The notes below the pieces were generated by a model. It had not been told where the DNA came from, did no database searches, and saw only the letters and a list, made by a program, of their open reading frames with translations. From a virus, in IMG/VR virus record IMGVR_UViG_3300045988_169098: a stretch of DNA of 37,582 bases; one strand, given 5' to 3'. The position numbers and the translations under genes were made by a program. Shown here one piece after another: positions 34,571 to 37,582 of the stretch (positions within the stretch are counted from its first letter, which is position 1; each line of letters starts with the position of its first letter).

Positions 34571-34575
34571 ATCCC
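34561..34575 (-). repeat. Shufflon site S4 (outer boundary, next to the recombinase gene)
   Basis: GGGTTAGGGAATCCC is the exact reverse complement of S0 (32964-32978). The recombinase stop codon lies at 34578-34580. Confidence 0.8.
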
Positions 34576-34577
34576 GT

Positions 34578-35447
34578 TCAGGCTATTAGGGCTCGTTCCC
34601 AGAGGCGTTGCGCGTCTCGCAGGGCTGAGATATCCGGTTTGAGGTAGTACTTTGCGGTGGTTTTGATGTCGCTGTGGCCGAGCATTTTGCTCACGATGGC
34701 GATGTCAGCCCCGGCGGCCAGAGTGTTCGTCGCCCATGAGTGGCGCAGGTTGCGTGCGGGCACGTGCGGCAGGTTATGCCGTTTGCACCAGCTCGCGTAT
34801 TGGCGTGCGGTTTGCGGCGGGGTGAGGGTGCCGATGAGTCGGCCTCCTTCGCGTGGTTTGATTTCGCGCAATCGTTTGACGGCGAAGCGCGGCAACGGGA
34901 GTGTGCGGCGGGACAGTTCGGTTTTAGGCGGCACTGTGACCTCATGCCCGCTCACCCATTGCAGGCCACGCTCCACGTGCAGGACACCTGAGCGCAGGTC
35001 AATATCCGACCATTCAAGCCCGTAGCCCTCTTCGGTGCGGAGTCCGCATGAGACGGCGCAGATAAGCCACGCCTCAAGCGGATGGCCGTAAAAGCCCTGC
35101 AACAGTGCGCGCTGCTGACGGAGGGTCAATATGGTCGGCTCGTAATGAGGTTTGGCCGGCAGTTGGATGTCGCGTCTCGTGATGTCCACGTCCAGCAGGT
35201 TCCAGCGGATAGCCCGCCTGAGTATCGCGCGCAATACGGCCCATGCCTTGCGTGCGGCTCCCGCAGTGTCGAAATTCGCAAGCCATTTGTCCACTAGCTC
35301 CACGCTTATCGCGTCCATACCCATGCCGCCGAAGCATGGCATGACATGCAGCCGCCACGCGGACTCGTAGCCCACGCGCGTGCTCTCACGCAGATTCCGC
35401 GTGCAATGCGGCCAAAACCGGCCGTTCCAAAACTCTTGTAACAGCAT
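34578..35447 (-). CDS. rin: Tyrosine recombinase, predicted shufflon DNA invertase (Rci/Rin-like)
   Basis: 289 aa from ATG 35445-35447 (RBS ggagg). Contains SCGLRTEEGYGLEWSDI (Arg), RNLRHSWATNTL (HxxR) and LGHSDIKTTAKYYLKP (His, Tyr). It is a second tyrosine recombinase distinct from int and abuts the cassette array. The symbol is used by analogy only. Confidence 0.8.
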   Translation of the reverse strand: MLLQEFWNGRFWPHCTRNLRESTRVGYESAWRLHVMPCFGGMGMDAISVELVDKWLANFDTAGAARKAWAVLRAILRRAIRWNLLDVDITRRDIQLPAKPHYEPTILTLRQQRALLQGFYGHPLEAWLICAVSCGLRTEEGYGLEWSDIDLRSGVLHVERGLQWVSGHEVTVPPKTELSRRTLPLPRFAVKRLREIKPREGGRLIGTLTPPQTARQYASWCKRHNLPHVPARNLRHSWATNTLAAGADIAIVSKMLGHSDIKTTAKYYLKPDISALRDAQRLWERALIA

Positions 35448-35458
35448 TTTCAACCTCC

Positions 35459-35509
35459 AAAACCCACACGCCCGTTGGCCTATCCAACGGGGACGAACGT
35501 GTGGGTTTT
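35459..35509. terminator. Long hairpin with flanking A- and T-runs between rin and the lysis genes
   Basis: aaaacccacacg cccgttgg cctat ccaacggg (gacgaa) cgtgtgggtttt. The inner stem of 8 bp and the outer stem of 10-12 bp are separated by a 6-nt bulge. On the minus strand the T-run runs into the rin RBS. Confidence 0.55.
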
Positions 35510-35532
35510 ACCCACCGTAAAGGAGCTTTTCC

Positions 35533-35832
35533 ATGTCTTTGCTCACTCACGTCGTCGATTGGCTCGTGCCTTTTATCTGTGGCGGAGTGGCCACGGTTTT
35601 GGGCCTGATGTGGCGATGGGGCAAAGCCATGGTCAACGGGCTGCGCGAGCTCCTGCTGTGCCAGTTGGAGGACCTGCGCCGCGAAATGGTCATCGAGCAC
35701 GACGGAGTGGCGGACGAGGACCTCAAATCACGCTCCCAACGCCTCTACGACAGCTATCACAGCCTGGGCGGCAACGGCCACGGGACATCGCTCAACAATG
35801 ACATCCAATCCGCGCCGATAGCGCCCCGATAA
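35533..35832 (+). CDS. Small membrane protein in the lysis module (holin-like or accessory)
   Basis: 99 aa with RBS taaaggag, one N-terminal TM segment (VDWLVPFICGGVATVLGLMW) and a charged C-terminal region. Confidence 0.5.
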   Translation: MSLLTHVVDWLVPFICGGVATVLGLMWRWGKAMVNGLRELLLCQLEDLRREMVIEHDGVADEDLKSRSQRLYDSYHSLGGNGHGTSLNNDIQSAPIAPR

Positions 35833-35847
35833 TCCTGACCCACGACC

Positions 35848-36999
35848 GTGGGCCACAAACAACAATCCATCCCGAGAAAGGGGAAAACATTGGTCAATAA
35901 CAAGGGCAAGCCGTTGTGGAAGCGTCTGCTCGCCAAGGGTACCGCGCTGGCCGCCGCCGTGTGCATGATGCTGCTTCCGGCGACCGCGCACGCGGACATG
36001 CAGGGCGTGGACATGAGCAACTGGCAGTGCGGCGCGGACGTGTACAACATGCAGGCCGATTTTATCGTGGTCGGCACCACATGGGGCACCGGGCAAGTCA
36101 ACAACAACTGCCTCGTGTCCGGCGTGAACACCGACGCCAACCGCATGATCTACCAGGCGCAGGCATCCGGCAAGAAATTCGGTTTGTATCACTACGCGAT
36201 GGGCGGCAACCCGGAGGCGGAAGCCCAATTCTTCTATCGCAACACGTCGAACTATTGGCGTCACGGCATCGTGGCGCTCGACTGGGAGATGGACGATAAC
36301 CCCGCATGGGGCAACTGGGACTGGGTACGCCGCTTCATGGCGGAATGCGAACGGCTCTCGGGCGGCGTCAAGCCGCTGCTCTACACCGGCCCCGTGGCCG
36401 GCACCATCCCCGGCGACATCCGCGCCAACTACGGTTTGTGGATCGCGCAGTACGCGAACATGAGCCCGACCGGCTACCAGGCCAACCCGTGGATGATAGG
36501 CGCATACGGCGAGGCCATGCGACAGTACAGTGGTACCGGCGTGGTCAACACGTGGAGTCCGATTGACCTCAACATTTTCCGTGGCGAGGCATGGCAGTGG
36601 GATTTGTACGCCAATCCCACCGGCTCCACAGCCCCGGCCCCGGCAACGCCCGCGCCCGTGCAGCCGAGCACTCCCCCGGCCAACACCAACACGGGTGGCA
36701 TCAGCCACGTCATGCAATGGGGAGAAACCATCTGGGGACTCGCCGTAGCCCACAACGCATGGCCGTTGTCCGCATGGCACACGCCTTCCGGTGATATCAA
36801 CCGCTACTACGTGGGCGACGTCGTCACCTACGGCGGGGGCTCCGCCCCCGCACCGTCCGACGGGGTCTCCAAGGTCCTCCAATGGGGCGACACCGTGTGG
36901 GATTTCGCCACCGCGCACGGTTACAGCGTCAGCCGCTGCACCGTACCCTCCGGCAACATCAACGTCTACTATGTGGGCGACGTGGTGACCTGCCGCTGA
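35848..36999 (+). CDS. Endolysin: signal peptide + GH25 muramidase + two LysM-like repeats
   Basis: GH25-like GVDMSNWQ...DFIVVGTTWG...GKKFGLYHYAMGGNPEAEAQFF. The N-terminus KPLWKRLLAKGTALAAAVCMMLLPATAHA|DMQG looks like a Sec signal peptide. C-terminal repeats are HVMQWGETIWGLAVAHN... and KVLQWGDTVWDFATAHGY... The likely true start is TTG 35890 after RBS gaaagggg. Confidence 0.85.
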   Translation: MGHKQQSIPRKGKTLVNNKGKPLWKRLLAKGTALAAAVCMMLLPATAHADMQGVDMSNWQCGADVYNMQADFIVVGTTWGTGQVNNNCLVSGVNTDANRMIYQAQASGKKFGLYHYAMGGNPEAEAQFFYRNTSNYWRHGIVALDWEMDDNPAWGNWDWVRRFMAECERLSGGVKPLLYTGPVAGTIPGDIRANYGLWIAQYANMSPTGYQANPWMIGAYGEAMRQYSGTGVVNTWSPIDLNIFRGEAWQWDLYANPTGSTAPAPATPAPVQPSTPPANTNTGGISHVMQWGETIWGLAVAHNAWPLSAWHTPSGDINRYYVGDVVTYGGGSAPAPSDGVSKVLQWGDTVWDFATAHGYSVSRCTVPSGNINVYYVGDVVTCR

Positions 37000-37069
37000 G
37001 ACTCAACAGATGCCGCCACCCGCTTGACCGGGTGACGGCATCACCATTATTTTTACGATCGGAGCAAAC

Positions 37070-37330
37070 ATGACCGACAATCCAACCGATACACCGGCAT
37101 CCACCGACATCGTGCCAGACTGGCTCATCCCCAGCCGCGTCTACGACATCCTCAAATGGCTCGGCCTCATCGTCCTGCCCGCACTCGCCCTGTTCGTCAA
37201 CACGGTCGGCCCCGCATGGGGTTGGACTCACGTGGACGCGATAGTGACCACGCTCAACGCGCTCGGCATCCTCGCCGGCGCGCTCATCGGCGTCAGCGCC
37301 ATCAAACAACGCCTCGACCGCGCCGCATAA
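37070..37330 (+). CDS. Holin (two TM segments)
   Basis: 86 aa with WLGLIVLPALALFVNTV and LNALGILAGALIGVSAI. Last gene before a strong terminator, adjacent to the endolysin. Confidence 0.7.
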   Translation: MTDNPTDTPASTDIVPDWLIPSRVYDILKWLGLIVLPALALFVNTVGPAWGWTHVDAIVTTLNALGILAGALIGVSAIKQRLDRAA

Positions 37331-37342
37331 CCACACATAGTT

Positions 37343-37407
37343 CGGCCCCGTCCGGCATCGCAGACAGCTCGCACAGAGCTTGACTGCTGCCGGACGGGGC
37401 CGATTTC
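37343..37407 (+). terminator. Terminator of the late operon
   Basis: Perfect 15-bp stem cggccccgtccggca / tgccggacggggccg with a structured loop, followed by atttcg. Confidence 0.65.
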
Positions 37408-37441
37408 GCGTTGTGGCAGAGGGCTTCGCGGGCTCGATTTC

Positions 37442-37464
37442 TGCCCACATTTTGCCCACATTTT
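37442..37464 (+). promoter_or_regulatory. Candidate Int arm-type site pair (P arm): tandem TGCCCACATTTT
   Basis: tgcccacatttt tgcccacatttt, 64 bp left of the right 55-bp repeat. Matches 137-159. The wider similarity is gggcttc..N..tgcccacattttgcccacatt.ttcc. Confidence 0.5.
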
Positions 37465-37476
37465 CCGTAAAAACAG

Positions 37477-37504
37477 GTTAAAAACCGTTAAAACTGGTTA
37501 AAAC
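37477..37504 (+). promoter_or_regulatory. Three GTTAAAAC repeats at 10-bp phasing (candidate Xis / bending-protein sites)
   Basis: GTTAAAAAC (37477), GTTAAAAC (37487) and GTTAAAAC (37497) lie between the arm-type pair and the 55-bp repeat. An inverted pair lies at 1320-1337 upstream of int. Confidence 0.45.
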
Positions 37505-37527
37505 GAAAAAAAGCCGCTCAGCCCTAC

Positions 37528-37582
37528 TCCCGTAAGGCAAAGCGGCTATTTTCCAACCCGCTCTCAGCTCAGTGCGTCCTTC
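37528..37582 (+). repeat. 55-bp terminal direct repeat, right copy (attR core, or circular-assembly overlap)
   Basis: Identical to 1-55 in the same orientation. Confidence 0.9.

Larger units (their letters stand above)
1..37582. mobile_element. Complete temperate phage / prophage genome (37,527-bp unit plus the second copy of a 55-bp terminal repeat)
   Basis: Full int-to-lysis gene set in canonical prophage order. Identical 55-mers sit at both window ends. Structural genes are tightly packed on the + strand with ATGA-type overlaps. Confidence 0.9.

Noticed and set aside
32459-34575. Diversity-generating retroelement as an alternative explanation for the variable tail-protein tips.
   Set aside because: The window has no reverse transcriptase gene and no template/variable repeat pair. 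The cassettes differ along their whole length rather than at adenine-specified positions. They are bounded by inverted recombination sites next to a tyrosine recombinase.

Overview
The window holds one complete temperate siphovirus-type phage or prophage genome with a unit length of 37,527 bp. The host appears to be a high-GC Gram-positive, and gene content looks Bifidobacterium/actinobacterial. Identical 55-bp direct repeats bound the element (1-55 = 37528-37582). This fits attL/attR of an integrated prophage, since int sits at the left end and lysis genes at the right; a circular-contig overlap is the alternative. Gene order, left to right: tyrosine integrase; cargo (small ORF plus GNAT-like protein); a leftward lysogeny operon (XRE repressor, ImmA-like HExxH protease, membrane HIRAN protein); rightward early genes (Cro-like, Bro-N/KilAC antirepressor, Xis-like HTH, RusA, Cas4-like nuclease, SSB-like protein, PrimPol-helicase); a short leftward mini-operon; HNH endonuclease and terminase (large subunit split over two frames); portal, MuF-like, scaffold and capsid; neck proteins; major tail protein; G/GT chaperone with a CCCAAAA -1 slippery site; tape measure; Dit; Tal-like protein; receptor-binding protein (RBP); lysis genes (signal-peptide GH25-LysM endolysin and holin). 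The stand-out system is a multi-inversion shufflon at 32459-35447. An 11-bp site inside the RBP gene has four inverted copies downstream. Each copy heads a start-less, in-frame alternative C-terminal cassette, and a dedicated tyrosine recombinase gene abuts the last site. This predicts five interchangeable RBP tips. Other notable points: a perfect 578-bp tandem duplication covers the helicase C-terminus, an iteron-rich origin-like region and the 5' end of the next gene. Candidate Int arm-type repeats and 10-bp-phased GTTAAAAC repeats flank the att repeat. A leaderless antisense moron lies in the early region. A 12-bp perfect palindrome sits in an AT-rich divergent control region. All functional calls rest on motifs recognised by eye; no database search or computation was run.
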